From contig CBDCGJ010000007.1 of the NCBI GenBank assembly GCA_965216645.1, positions 14,150 to 78,149 of the forward strand: DNA of 64,000 nucleotides, written 5' to 3'. The stretch comes from Alphaproteobacteria bacterium (GTDB lineage Bacteria > Pseudomonadota > Alphaproteobacteria > GCA-2731375). The position numbers were made by a program, and so were the translations under genes. The notes below the pieces were generated by a model that did not search any database, was not told the origin of the DNA, and worked only from the letters and a program-made list of their open reading frames with translations. Shown here one piece after another: positions 39,836 through 50,401 of the stretch (position 1 is its first letter; every line of letters begins with the position of its first letter).

Positions 39836-41326
39836 ATGTCGGAGGCCAAGTCCGACGAGTTCTTCGTTGATGTGAAGCCGGTCAACAGCCGGGAATCCCG
39901 CTCGGCCGATGACCAGCCGATGTACAAGAAGCGGGTCAAGATCCATCCCAAGCGGGTCCACGGCACCTTCCGGCAGTTCAAATGGTACATCATGATCGCC
40001 ACTCTGGCGGTCTACTATATCGCCCCTTGGCTGCGCTGGGACCGCGGGCCTGACGCGCCAAGTCAGGCCATCCTGATTGATTTCCCGGGCCGGCGGTTTT
40101 TCTTCTTCTTCATCGAGATTTGGCCACACGAGCTTTACTATGTGGCCGGTCTTCTAATTATGGCCGGCATCGGGCTGTTCCTGACCGCATCCGTTGTCGG
40201 TCGCGCTTGGTGCGGTTATGCCTGCCCGCAGACCGTATGGGTCGACCTTTTCTTGGCGGTCGAGCGCTGGGTCGAAGGCGACCGCAACAAACGCATTCGC
40301 CTCGATCGCGCGCCGTGGAGTTTCGACAAGATCCGTAAGCGGGTGACGAAGCATCTGATTTGGCTGGTCATCGCGGTATTGACGGGGGGCGCCTGGGTCT
40401 TCTATTTCGCTGACGCGCCGACCCTGCTGGTTAATCTGGTCACCTTGCAAGCCCCGCCGGTGGCCTATTTAACCATCGCCATTCTAGCCTTCACCACATA
40501 CACCTTGGGCGGCTTCATGCGGGAGCAGGTATGCACCTATATGTGCCCCTGGCCGCGCATCCAGGGCGCCATGGTGGATGAGGATACGCTCATCATCAAC
40601 TACCGGGACTGGCGAGGGGAACCGCGCGGTTCGTTGCGAACGAAACGGAATCCGGCGGAGGAGCCTTTAGGCGACTGCGTCGCTTGCAATCAATGTGTCG
40701 TCGTCTGTCCCATGGGGATCGATATCCGCGACGGTCAACAACTCGAGTGCATCACCTGCGGCCTTTGCATCGATGCTTGTAACACGGTGATGGAGCGCAT
40801 TGGCCGGCCCGGCAATCTGATCGCCTACGATACCCACCGACGTAACCAATTGCGGGCGGAAGGCGAGACCGTTCAGGAAACCCATTGGATCCGGCCCCGG
40901 ACGGTGATCTATTTCGCCCTATGGTGTCTGATCGGTGTTGGCATGTTGTTTGCCCTGGCGACGCGCTCGACCTTCGAAGCCAATGTTCTGCACGACCGCA
41001 ATCCGCTGTTCGTCCAATTGACGGATGGCGGTATCCGCAATGGCTACACGCTCAAGGTGCGCAATATGCTGCCGCGGGAACGCAATATGATCTTGAGCGC
41101 CAGCGCTTTGAAGAATGCGAAGCTGTTCCTGCCCGGTCAGCAACATCCCGATATCTTCGTTCCCGTCTCGATCGCGCCGGATTCGGTGTTGAGCCTGCGT
41201 CTGTTCGTGGTTTCCGACGACCAGGACATGCGACGCGCGTCCACACCCTTCAGTTTCCGGCTGCTGGATGAAAACGATGGTAAGATCTACGAGCTTGAGG
41301 CGGTTTTCCGGGGGCCTGGAAAATGA
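39836..41326 (+). CDS. ccoG: Cytochrome c oxidase accessory protein CcoG (4Fe-4S ferredoxin-type)
   Basis: TM segments plus two CxxCxxCxxxCP ferredoxin motifs (CVACNQCVVVCP, CITCGLCIDAC), 496 aa. Confidence 0.9.
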   Translation: MSEAKSDEFFVDVKPVNSRESRSADDQPMYKKRVKIHPKRVHGTFRQFKWYIMIATLAVYYIAPWLRWDRGPDAPSQAILIDFPGRRFFFFFIEIWPHELYYVAGLLIMAGIGLFLTASVVGRAWCGYACPQTVWVDLFLAVERWVEGDRNKRIRLDRAPWSFDKIRKRVTKHLIWLVIAVLTGGAWVFYFADAPTLLVNLVTLQAPPVAYLTIAILAFTTYTLGGFMREQVCTYMCPWPRIQGAMVDEDTLIINYRDWRGEPRGSLRTKRNPAEEPLGDCVACNQCVVVCPMGIDIRDGQQLECITCGLCIDACNTVMERIGRPGNLIAYDTHRRNQLRAEGETVQETHWIRPRTVIYFALWCLIGVGMLFALATRSTFEANVLHDRNPLFVQLTDGGIRNGYTLKVRNMLPRERNMILSASALKNAKLFLPGQQHPDIFVPVSIAPDSVLSLRLFVVSDDQDMRRASTPFSFRLLDENDGKIYELEAVFRGPGK

Positions 41327-41829
41327 GCGATTTTCCGCAACAACATGACGCTGGGCGAAAAATCACCGGCCGCCACGTGCTGTACATACTGCTCGGTTTC
41401 TTCGGCGTTATCTTTGCCGCGAATGGCGCCTTGGCCTGGCTTGCCTTCGATAGTTGGACCGGGCTGGTTGTCGACAAACCGTATGAACGCGGACTTAAGT
41501 ATGACCAAGTTCTGCAGGACGCTGCTGCGCAGAAAGCGCTCGGGTGGTCGGTCGATGGAAAGTTCGAGGCTTTGGGACAAAACCGCGGCCGCATCTATGT
41601 CGTCGTTCGGGACAAATCGGGCCGGCCAATCTCCGGGCTCAACGTAACGGGCATCTTACATCGTCCGACCCTGGCGGGGTTTGACAAAGAAATCGCGCTA
41701 TCGGCGAAGGATGAGGGCTACGGCGTTGAATTTGTGGCCGCCAAAGCTGGCCAATGGGATTTAAAGTTGGAGGCGGTGAATGCCGCCGGCGAGCGTCACC
41801 GCTATGAGCAGCGGCTATGGTTGAAGTAG
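41323..41829 (+). CDS. ccoH: FixH/CcoH-family protein
   Basis: 168 aa with a single N-terminal TM segment (HVLYILLGFFGVIFAANGALAWLAF). Position between ccoG and ccoI. Confidence 0.8.
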   Translation: MSDFPQQHDAGRKITGRHVLYILLGFFGVIFAANGALAWLAFDSWTGLVVDKPYERGLKYDQVLQDAAAQKALGWSVDGKFEALGQNRGRIYVVVRDKSGRPISGLNVTGILHRPTLAGFDKEIALSAKDEGYGVEFVAAKAGQWDLKLEAVNAAGERHRYEQRLWLK

Positions 41830-44021
41830 CCCATATCCAGGATTTCGATCCCGGCGACTATGTGCGCAAGGCGTCGGCCAATTCGGCCACATTGCATTTG
41901 ATCGTCGAGAATATGCAATGCCCGGCCTGCATGAAGACGATTGAGGACAGCTTGCATGCGTTGCCGGGTGTGGAAGCCGCGCGGGTCAACCTGTCGACCA
42001 AGCGGCTGACTGTCACCTGGGATGACCGGCGGATCACGGGCCCGGAAATCGTCGCCACCCTGGCAGCCAAGGACTATCGGGTAACGCCATTCGATCCGGA
42101 ACTGCTCCGCATCGGCGGCGCGGCGGCGGACAAGCGATTGCTTTGGGCGTTGGCGGTTGCCGGTTTCGCGGCCGTCAATGTGATGATTTTGTCCGTCGCC
42201 GTCTGGTCGGGGCTTGGCGGCGATATGGGACCGGCGACCCGTGGCCTGCTCCATTGGATCTCCGCTCTTATCGCGCTACCGGTGGTCGCCTTTTCGGGGC
42301 AGCCGTTTTTCCAATCCGCGGCGGGGGCTTTAAGAAACGCGCGACTGAATATGGATGTGCCGATCTCGCTGGCCGTATTGTTGGCGGCGGGGATGAGCTT
42401 GGCGGAGACGATCCGGGGGGCGGAGCAGGTCTATTTCGACGCCTGCGTGATGTTGCTGTTCTTCTTATTGATCGGCCGCTACTTGGATCGACGCGCCCGC
42501 GGCCGGGCCAGCGACGCGGCGCAGAATCTTTTGAGCTTGGGCGCCACGGCCGCGACGGTCATAACCGAAGACGGGCGGCGCAAGGCGGTACCTGTGCGCG
42601 AGCTTAGGGAAGGTGTTCGGGTCGCGGTAGCGGCCGGCGATACTTTGCCGGCCGACGGTGTGGCGGAAAGCGGCAAGGCGGAAATCGACAACAGTCTGAT
42701 CACGGGCGAAAGCATGCCGCAAGCGACCGGCCAAGGACAACAACTCTATGCCGGCGCGACCGTCATGGGTGGCGAGGTTATTTTGCGTGTGACCGCGACC
42801 GGGGACGACACCTTGTTGGCGGAGATCGTTCGTCTTCTGGAGGTGGCGGAACAGGGTCGCGCCCGCTATGTCCGATTGGCCGATCAGGCGGCGCGGATCT
42901 ACGCCCCCGTTGTGCATCTGTTGGGCTTGGCGACGTTCCTGGGATGGCTGCTGTTCAGCACGGTGGGTTGGCAGACTGCCTTGTTCCACGCGATCGCGGT
43001 CCTCATCATTACCTGCCCATGCGCGCTCGGGCTGGCCGTCCCTGCGGTTCAGGTCGTGGCGAGCGGATTGTTATTGCGGCTCGGTGTGCTGGTGAAAACC
43101 GCCGATGGTATAGAAAAGCTCGCGCTGGCGGACACGGTCGTTTTCGACAAGACAGGCACTCTTACAGAAGGCCGGCCGGTGCTGGTCAATCTCGACGAGA
43201 TTTCAGAGCCCGATCGCCAGTTGGCCGCCATGCTGGCGGCGTCCAGCCGCCATCCTTTGTCCCGCGCATTGATCGAGGCGGTCGGGAGTCCAGCGCGGCA
43301 TGTAGATGTCCGCGAGCTGCCCGGTGACGGGTTGATTGCACAAGTCTCGGGTATCGGCGAAGTTCGGCTCGGCAACCGCCTGCATTGCGGTGTGGCGGTG
43401 GCGGAGATACAGGTCGATAGCGAGATTTGGCTCGCCGCGCCCGACCGACCGCCGGTCTGTTTCAGATTCCGCGATCAAGCGAAGCCCGACGCAAAAGAGA
43501 CGATTTCCCGATTGCGGCAGAATGGATACCGGGTCGCCCTGCTGTCGGGCGACAACACAGCTGTCGTATCACGGGTGGCGGCCGAATTGGCGATCGACGA
43601 TTGGCACGGCGATTGCCAGCCGGCGGATAAAGTCGAGCGGCTGGAAGCCCTGAAGGCGGGCGGTCATCGTGTCCTGATGATTGGCGACGGACTCAACGAT
43701 GCGCCGGCACTCGGCGCGGCGTTCGTGTCCGGCGCGTTCGCACGCGGCGCAGATGTCAGTCAGGCCGCCTCGGATTTCGTGTTTCAAAATCCAAGTCTCG
43801 CGCAATTGCCGAAAACGATGGCCATCGCGCGTGGCGCGCGTCGCTTGATCCTGCAGAACTTCGCCGTGGCGTTGCTCTACAACGTCATCGCCGTTCCGAT
43901 GGCGGTTGTCGGGCTGGTCACACCGTTGATCGCCGCCGTCGCTATGTCGACCTCTTCGCTGTTGGTGACCGGTAATGCATTGCGGTTGCGTTGGCGTTTC
44001 GGAGGCCGCCGATGGACGTGA
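41817..44021 (+). CDS. ccoI: Copper-translocating P1B-type ATPase CcoI/FixI
   Basis: N-terminal CxxC metal-binding domain (MQCPACM), CPC transmembrane motif (ITCPCALGLA), DKTGTLT phosphorylation site and GDGLNDAP hinge. Confidence 0.9.
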   Translation: MVEVAHIQDFDPGDYVRKASANSATLHLIVENMQCPACMKTIEDSLHALPGVEAARVNLSTKRLTVTWDDRRITGPEIVATLAAKDYRVTPFDPELLRIGGAAADKRLLWALAVAGFAAVNVMILSVAVWSGLGGDMGPATRGLLHWISALIALPVVAFSGQPFFQSAAGALRNARLNMDVPISLAVLLAAGMSLAETIRGAEQVYFDACVMLLFFLLIGRYLDRRARGRASDAAQNLLSLGATAATVITEDGRRKAVPVRELREGVRVAVAAGDTLPADGVAESGKAEIDNSLITGESMPQATGQGQQLYAGATVMGGEVILRVTATGDDTLLAEIVRLLEVAEQGRARYVRLADQAARIYAPVVHLLGLATFLGWLLFSTVGWQTALFHAIAVLIITCPCALGLAVPAVQVVASGLLLRLGVLVKTADGIEKLALADTVVFDKTGTLTEGRPVLVNLDEISEPDRQLAAMLAASSRHPLSRALIEAVGSPARHVDVRELPGDGLIAQVSGIGEVRLGNRLHCGVAVAEIQVDSEIWLAAPDRPPVCFRFRDQAKPDAKETISRLRQNGYRVALLSGDNTAVVSRVAAELAIDDWHGDCQPADKVERLEALKAGGHRVLMIGDGLNDAPALGAAFVSGAFARGADVSQAASDFVFQNPSLAQLPKTMAIARGARRLILQNFAVALLYNVIAVPMAVVGLVTPLIAAVAMSTSSLLVTGNALRLRWRFGGRRWT

Positions 44022-44188
44022 TCGCTTATCTGATTCCAGCCGCGCTTCTGGTTGGGCTTGTTGGCCTCGGTGCCTTCTACTGGGCCCTACGCAACGGTCA
44101 GTTCGAGGACCTGGACGGCGCCGCCCACCGCATCCTTTTCGAGGAGGATGCGGCGGGCGACAGCGTCAAGCGAGAAGATCGAGGCTGA
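44012..44188 (+). CDS. ccoS: cbb3 oxidase maturation protein CcoS/FixS
   Basis: 58 aa from ATG 44012 (MDVIAYLIPAALLVGLVGLGAFYWALRNGQFEDLD...). Overlaps the ccoI stop. Confidence 0.75.
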   Translation: MDVIAYLIPAALLVGLVGLGAFYWALRNGQFEDLDGAAHRILFEEDAAGDSVKREDRG

Positions 44189-44189
44189 C

Positions 44190-47170
44190 TTAAGCTGCTT
44201 TAACGTTGGCCAAAAACTTCTCGACCACGGATTTCAGCGCTTCCGCCTGCTGCGAGACGTCACTGGCCGCGACCTGAACTTCCTGCGCCGCCGTGCCAGT
44301 ATCGTTTGCCGCGTCGTTGACGCTAATGATATTCGTCGACATCTGCTCGGTGCCAGCCGCCGCCTCCTGGACGTTGCGGCTGATCTCGGCCGTTGCCGAC
44401 CCTTGCTGCTCGACAGCCGCGGAAATCGACGTGACGATCCCATTGACTTGTTCGATCACACCGCTGATTTCCTGGATGGATTTGACTGTTCCGTCCGTTT
44501 CCTCTTGCATCGAGGCGATTTGATTGGTGATCTCCTCGGTCGCGTTCGCGGTTTGGGTGGCCAGGTTTTTCACCTCGGCCGCGACCACGGCGAAACCCTT
44601 GCCCGCTTCGCCGGCACGGGCCGCCTCGATCGTTGCGTTCAGCGCCAGCAGATTGGTTTGGCTGGCAATGTCGTTGATCAACTGCACGACGTCGCCAATG
44701 CGATGCGCGGCATCGCTGAGACTGGTGACGGAGAAATTGGTCACCTCGACTTTTTTCAACCGCATTGTTGGTGATGTTGATCGACTCGTTGGCCTGCTGA
44801 TTGATCTCGGAGATCGAACTGGACAATTGCTCTGTCGCCGCCGCCACCATCTGTACGTTGGAACTGGCTTCCTTGGACGCGGACGCGGCGGCAGTGGCTT
44901 GGCCGGTCGCACTGTCGGCTGTGGAAGCCATCGATTTGGCGGTCGAATCAAGTTCCGTGGCCGCGCTGGGACACCGTGTGGAGAATGTCGCCGACCTGCG
45001 CATCGAACTCGTCGGTGATCCGTTCTATATGCTGGGCACGCTTCTCGCGTTCGGGCCCGTTGCGCTTCCTCGACCGCCATCATTTCCTCGTTGCGGATCA
45101 TGTTTTGTTTGAAGACGTCGACCGCGTCCGCCATGTCGCCAATCTCATCTTGACGATCCTGGCCGGGGATCTCGACCTCTTTGTTTCCGCCCGCCAACTC
45201 GGACATCGCGGCGGTCATCTCGGTCACCGGGCGACTGATCGAGCGGGCCATGAGATATCCGGCCATGGCAATCGCGGCAATGCCGGACGAGGGCCATGAT
45301 CGCCATGATCCATTTCATCCGAACGACCGATTCGAAGGCTTCGGCCTCGTCGATTTCAGCCATCAGCGCCCAGGTGATCTTGTCGGAAACCTTCAATGGG
45401 GCATAGGCGGAGAGGACCGGATTGCCATTATAGTCAATCACGATTTCCGAACCGGTTTCGCCAGCCAATGCCTTATTCGCGGCATCGGTATCGGACGCGT
45501 CCGGTATCCGGATTGGCGAACGAGTTTTTGACGCTGTGCCCTTCGGGATCAAGGAAGGAGTCTGACCGCATAAGTTTGTCCTGACCGACCAGATAGGTTT
45601 CTCCGGTTCGGCCCATGCCTTCGCGCTGTTGCATGACGCTGTTAATGGCGTCCAGCGACAGTTGCAGTGCGACGACGACGGCTACTTTTTCCGTCAATCA
45701 TCACCGGCTGGGCAATAAACGCCGCCGGTTCGTCTGCGCTTGGCGCGTAGGGTTCGAAGTCTGAGACCCCATAGGCACCGGAACTCAACACTTCGCGAAC
45801 CAATTTTCCAAGACCCGAGTCTTTGAATTTGCCGTCGACGATATTGGTCTGGTAATCGGCCTCCTTAGCCACCGTATAGAAGATATGGCCGTCCGGGTTC
45901 ATCAGAAACAGGTCGTAATAGCCGTAAAGATCGACATAGTTCGAGAAATAGGACTTGCCGTCTTCACTGGCGGGAACGAAAGCCTCCGCCACGTCGATCT
46001 CTGCAATCAGCGCCCATGTATGTCCGCCGACATCCACCGGCGTATAGGACGACAGGACGGGGTTGCCGTTATAGTCCGTAATGATCTTGGTATCGGCCTT
46101 GCCGGCAAGGGCGTTGCGGGTTGCCTCGGTGTTGATCGTACCCTTCGCCGGATTACGGAAAGAGGCCACGACCGAATAGTTTTTCGGATCCAGATAAGAG
46201 TCCGACCGCATTAGATTGTCGGGGCCGACCAAATAGGTTTCGCCGGTCTTGCCAAGGCCCGCGCGCTCCGACATCACCTCTGTGATCTTGTCCAAGGGCA
46301 TCTGGAAAATCAGCACCCCGACGATCTCGCCGCCATCGAAGATCGGCGATGAAATGAAACTCGCCGGCGCATCGTAGGATGGCGTGTAGAGCGCATAGTC
46401 GATCAGAGCGTAGTCGGTTGTCTTCTCCAATTTCAGGCCCGCGCGGAACGCCTCGCCGATGCCGCTCTCTGCCCAAGCGCCCGTTTAGCAGCGACGTTCC
46501 ATAGTCGAGCTCCTTGAAGACCGAATAGATGATGTGACCGGTCTTCGCGTCGGCGATGAAAATGTCGTAATAGGAAAAACGCTCCAAATAGTCACGGACC
46601 GGGGGGTGGATTTGCGCGTGCACGGTGCTGTACAGGGTGCCCGTCGCTCGCCTCGTCCAATTGATGTTTGTTGCCCAGCGGATGCTTGTTGGCGCGTATA
46701 TACTCGTATTGCAGCGCGATCGCCGTGCTGTCCATCTTGGCGAAAATCTCGTCCACGGACGGACCTTCGCTGCCGTTTTGGTTCTGATATTCCGGCAGAT
46801 ATTCGTTGTCATAGTAGGTCCGCAGCCGCCGTTTCATGCTTTCGAGTTGCTCGGGGCTGAGCGCGCGTTCGTCGACATAATTGTGGAAGTGCGACCGGAA
46901 ACGCCGTGTCGCGTCGACGATCATACGATTTTGCGAAAGCGTGATGACCTGAGAACGGATGGTTTCGAAATAGCTTTCGACGGCGGATTTCTTGATCTGC
47001 CGGACTGCGGACAGCTTGGCGCGGCCTTCCCGTTCCAACACGCTGACCGTCTCGGCGAGGACTTTCATGTCGTTATGGCGGTCGTCGAGGAATTTCTCGA
47101 TTTGCGCTTTTTTGACGGCTCGAATGCCCTCCAATTGATTAAAGGCACGCGTTTCGAGGGTGCCTGACAT
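44190..47170 (-). pseudogene. Methyl-accepting chemotaxis protein with three tandem Cache-like sensor units, TM, HAMP and MCP signalling domain; broken by at least 7 frameshifts
   Basis: Seven consecutive overlapping minus-strand ORF fragments (46592..47170, 46153..46812, 45642..46430, 45473..45697, 45145..45552, 44190..45266, 44323..45003) together encode the Cache units (TGETYLVG(P/Q)D(N/K)LMRSDS(Y/F)LDP; (I/V)(T/I)DYNGNPVLS(S/A)Y(T/A)P...WAL(I/M)AEID(V/E)AEAF), a TM segment, a HAMP domain and a canonical signalling domain ([41 protein letters not shown]). The reading frame changes at each junction. Confidence 0.75.
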
Positions 47171-47374
47171 ATTGACGAGATTTGCAATACCCCGACACGG
47201 CGAAGGGTAGAATTCCTATGACGAGGAACGCCGAGATCAGTTTCGGGCCAATTTTGATATTTGCAAAATTTTTGATCGACATAATTTCACTCCACAGTAC
47301 CGGCGGCCTATCCGAATACTGTCATCGACAGAAGATGTGCCGCGCTCTGTCGAGATATCTATATTATGAAAACC

Positions 47375-48029
47375 TTAAATAGACGCTAACGCCGCTTCTC
47401 GCCCGGCCGCATTGACCCAATCCGGTTGGCCGAGATGCGCGACCCGCAAGCTTTTTCCGCGTAAGGCAACTTCGCGAAATTGATACATAATCGCCGCCGT
47501 TGGGGCATGGATGCGGGTATCACCGAAAAGCATTCGGATAATCGGCGGGCGATCCGGGCCTTTGGCCACGAATTGGGGAGAATCGGGTCGGGACAGTTCC
47601 GTAAAGTCGATTTGATGGATTGAGGCGACTTCGTCTGGGTTGGCTTTCATTGCCGAAATATCGTCGAGCCAAAGCACGAGGGGAGTGATCAAATATCCGG
47701 TACTGGTCACGAAGTCGTCCAACCTGCCAAGGATTGCTTGTTCCGGTGCGGACAGGTTTATCTCTTCCTCAAGTTCTCGACGTGCGGCGTCGATATCGAT
47801 CTCACCCGAATCCAGACGTCCACCCGGGAAAGCCCACTGTCCGGCATGGTTCCGGAGCCGGGAAGTGCGGCGGGTCAATATTAGAGTGCATTGTCCTGCT
47901 TTATTGGCGGCAATGCCGACGGCGACCGCCGAATGCTTCAATTCTTCGGCCGTCGTAACGGCGACGCTGAAATCGGGAGAGATTTTCGCTGATCATCGCG
48001 CGCAGGTCGTAAGCGTGGCGAAACGTCAT
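47375..48029 (-). CDS. NUDIX hydrolase, CoA pyrophosphatase (NudL-like); apparent frameshift near N-terminus
   Basis: NUDIX box AFPGGRLDSGEIDIDAARRELEEEINL. The N-terminal piece from ATG 48029 (MTFRHAYDLRAMISENLSRFQ, matching the E. coli NudL LSRFQ region) is out of frame with the body, which starts at ...VAVTTAEELKHSAVAVGIAA. Confidence 0.65.
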
Positions 48030-48419
48030 GTCAGATTCGATCCTGATACTTTATCCGGCGAAATGACCCAGTTTGTCGGATCTTGGACGATGGACGATTA
48101 CTGCATGGTACCGAGCTCGCTGGAAAAATCCATGGCCGGACGTCGGACGCGCGTTCCACAGTCTCTTGTTGGCCATCGGTTTCTGCAATCTTTCGGCGCC
48201 GGCGCCTTCCATTTCCGTGTTTCATATCTAGAACAGCGTTTTACTCTATCAGGGCTACAACACCCTTTATTTGGCGGATTGGCGAGCCATACCTTTGCGC
48301 CGCCCGGTACAGCGAGCGCGCTTACGGTTGCCCAGCGTATCCTCATGTCAGCGCCTTGTCCTCGACCGCCCACAGCTGCCGTCTTTTAGGCGGGCCGGTG
48401 GGCGGTACGAAGCCAAGGA

Positions 48420-49274
48420 TTAGGCCGCGTCGGCTTGTTCGGCTTGATGGATCACCGTTTGCGGGAATGGGATGGTCAGATCGGCGGCGTCAAACGCTTC
48501 CTTCAGCGTTTTTGTCATGTCGAATTTCAGGGCCCAATAATCGGTTCTGTCGCACCATACTCGAATGACAAGGTTGACGGAGCTATCGGCGAGCTCAGAT
48601 ACCGCGATCAAATGGGCTGGCTCATCATGGCAACGCTCGTCAGCCTTGATGACCTTTTCAGTTACCCTCGATCGCCTTATTGATATCGTCGTCGTAGGAA
48701 ATGCTCATGGCCATATCTAGACGGCGCGTGTCGTGGTAGCTGAAATTTTTCACCCGCCGCACCCCCAGATATGGCTGTTCGGCGCGATGATATGCACATT
48801 GTCGGCTGTGGTTAGTTCCGTTGTGAATAGGTTGAGCGTCTTCACCGTACCTGAAACGCCGGCGGTTTCAACGAAATCGCCGATATTAAACGGTCGGAAC
48901 AACAGGAGCATGACACCGGCGGCAACATTGCTTAACGTGCCTTGCATGGCAAGGCCGATTGCAAGACCCATGGTGCCGAGAACAGCGATAAGGCTGGCTG
49001 TCTGGACGCCAAATTGACCGAGAACGGTGATGACCGTAACTGCCAGAACCAAGTAACGGGCGGCGCTTGCCGCCAAAGTCCGGACCATATCGTCGACGCG
49101 GTCGCCGCGGCTCAGAATCCTCAAGACCGTCGACTTCACCCAGCGCGCGGCAATCCATCCGACAATCAGGATAGCCAGGGCGCCAACAACCTTAATGCCG
49201 TACTCAACGAATATCGAAAGAGCCAGTTGGGTCATTTCAACAACGGAAGCTTTGTCCATGTTATCTCTCCACAT
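48420..49274 (-). CDS. Small-conductance mechanosensitive channel (MscS family); two compensating single-base indels
   Basis: The TM/pore region and the C-terminal vestibule (ELADSSVNLVIRVW) are in one frame. A roughly 32-codon segment (VKNFSYHDTRRLDMAMSISYDDDINKAIE) lies in another frame, between a G5 run (should be G6) at about 48760 and a GGG run (should be GG) at about 48665. Confidence 0.7.
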
Positions 49275-49363
49275 CGATAATTGTTCGGCTTAAATCAAGA
49301 CAAGAAAAAGGGGTGCCGGTAGAGCACCCGGCACCCCAATTTTTCGCGTGTTATGCGTACCGA

Positions 49364-50225
49364 CTATTTCACAGGCGATACGACAATCTCAACACGCCGG
49401 TTCTTCGGATGGCGAACGCCGTCCTCGGTCGGTACTGCCGGCTCGGTTTCGCCGAGTGCGACCGCACGGACCGTATTGGCTTTCGCGCCGATGTCCAGCA
49501 TCTTGAGGATCACGCTTTCGTTGCGTCGTTCCGACAGACCCAGGTTGTAATCGGCTGAACCGGACAAGTCGGTGTGACCGCGCAGGCGGATCTGCGAGTC
49601 AACGGAGTTGGCGAACTGAACCGCTTTCGAGATGATGGTCTCGGCTTGCTGCGTCAAATCGGCCTTGTCGAAGTCGAAGTAGACAATGAACTGCTGATCG
49701 TCCGGCTTCGGCGGAACCGGCTTCATCACCTTTTCTTCAGGCTTCAGCGCGGCTTCGACACGCTCCATCGCAGCGAGGAAGTTGGCGCGGCAGCGGGCGA
49801 TGTCTTCCGGTTGATGATTTTCTTCCTGCTCTTCATCCAGCAATCCATCATCGCCTGGGCGTGCGCCATGTCTTTGGGCGCGGCCTCCGCGCCGCCACGG
49901 CTCAAGGCGTCGAGCAGGCGGGCATGGGCGGCCTTGATCTCGTCGACGCTATCCCGCGGCAAGTCGAAATCGGCCGGGTTGTACGGTTGCGGCGCGCTGC
50001 ACTTCGGCGGCTTGAGCGGCCCCGGCGGGCATAATCATCCGCCGCGCCGTAATGCGCTTCCGCATATTCGCTTTGAGCCAGGTCAATATACTCCGCATAG
50101 AGTGCTTGGTAAAATCGCTACCCGTCGGTGTTAGACCCTGTGACCCTATCGAGTTCAGAACCTGCGCATGCAGTTAATACAAGCGCAACGAGGCCGGTAA
50201 AGGCGGCCTTTACTGTTGTGTTCAT
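49364..50225 (-). CDS. OmpA-family lipoprotein (OmpA/MotB peptidoglycan-binding C-domain); in-frame TAG plus 3 frameshifts
   Basis: Lipoprotein signal MNTTVKAAFTGLVALVLTAC. Then an in-frame amber stop (SNTDG*RFYQALYAEYIDLAQSEYAEAHYGAADDYAR). Frame changes follow at a GGGG run, a CCC run and ATGAAGAG before the intact OmpA_C domain (DSQIRLRGHTDLSGSADYNLGLSERRNESV). Confidence 0.65.
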
Positions 50226-50401
50226 TGCTAACGTCCCTGATCCAGTCAGTAAAATATTTCGTCCATGCCGCCAATCGGGGGCACTTCATATGGATATGCG
50301 GATTCGCCAAAAATATCAACGAATAGTTTGTTAATTTAGGTACCATATTGGCAAACGTGTCCGTCATGTAACGGTCCGCGAACTGCCCGAAAAAACTCGT
50401 C

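Noticed and set aside
47171-47374. TTGAT...TTGATC strings upstream of the MCP as an FNR/FixK box
   Set aside because: The half-sites are direct, not inverted. No TTGAT-N4-ATCAA palindrome is present.
47640-48568. Plus-strand ORFs 47640..48389 and 48083..48568 in the NUDIX/mscS intergenic area
   Set aside because: Low-complexity Arg/Ser-rich translations. They overlap the NUDIX gene on the other strand. No homology.
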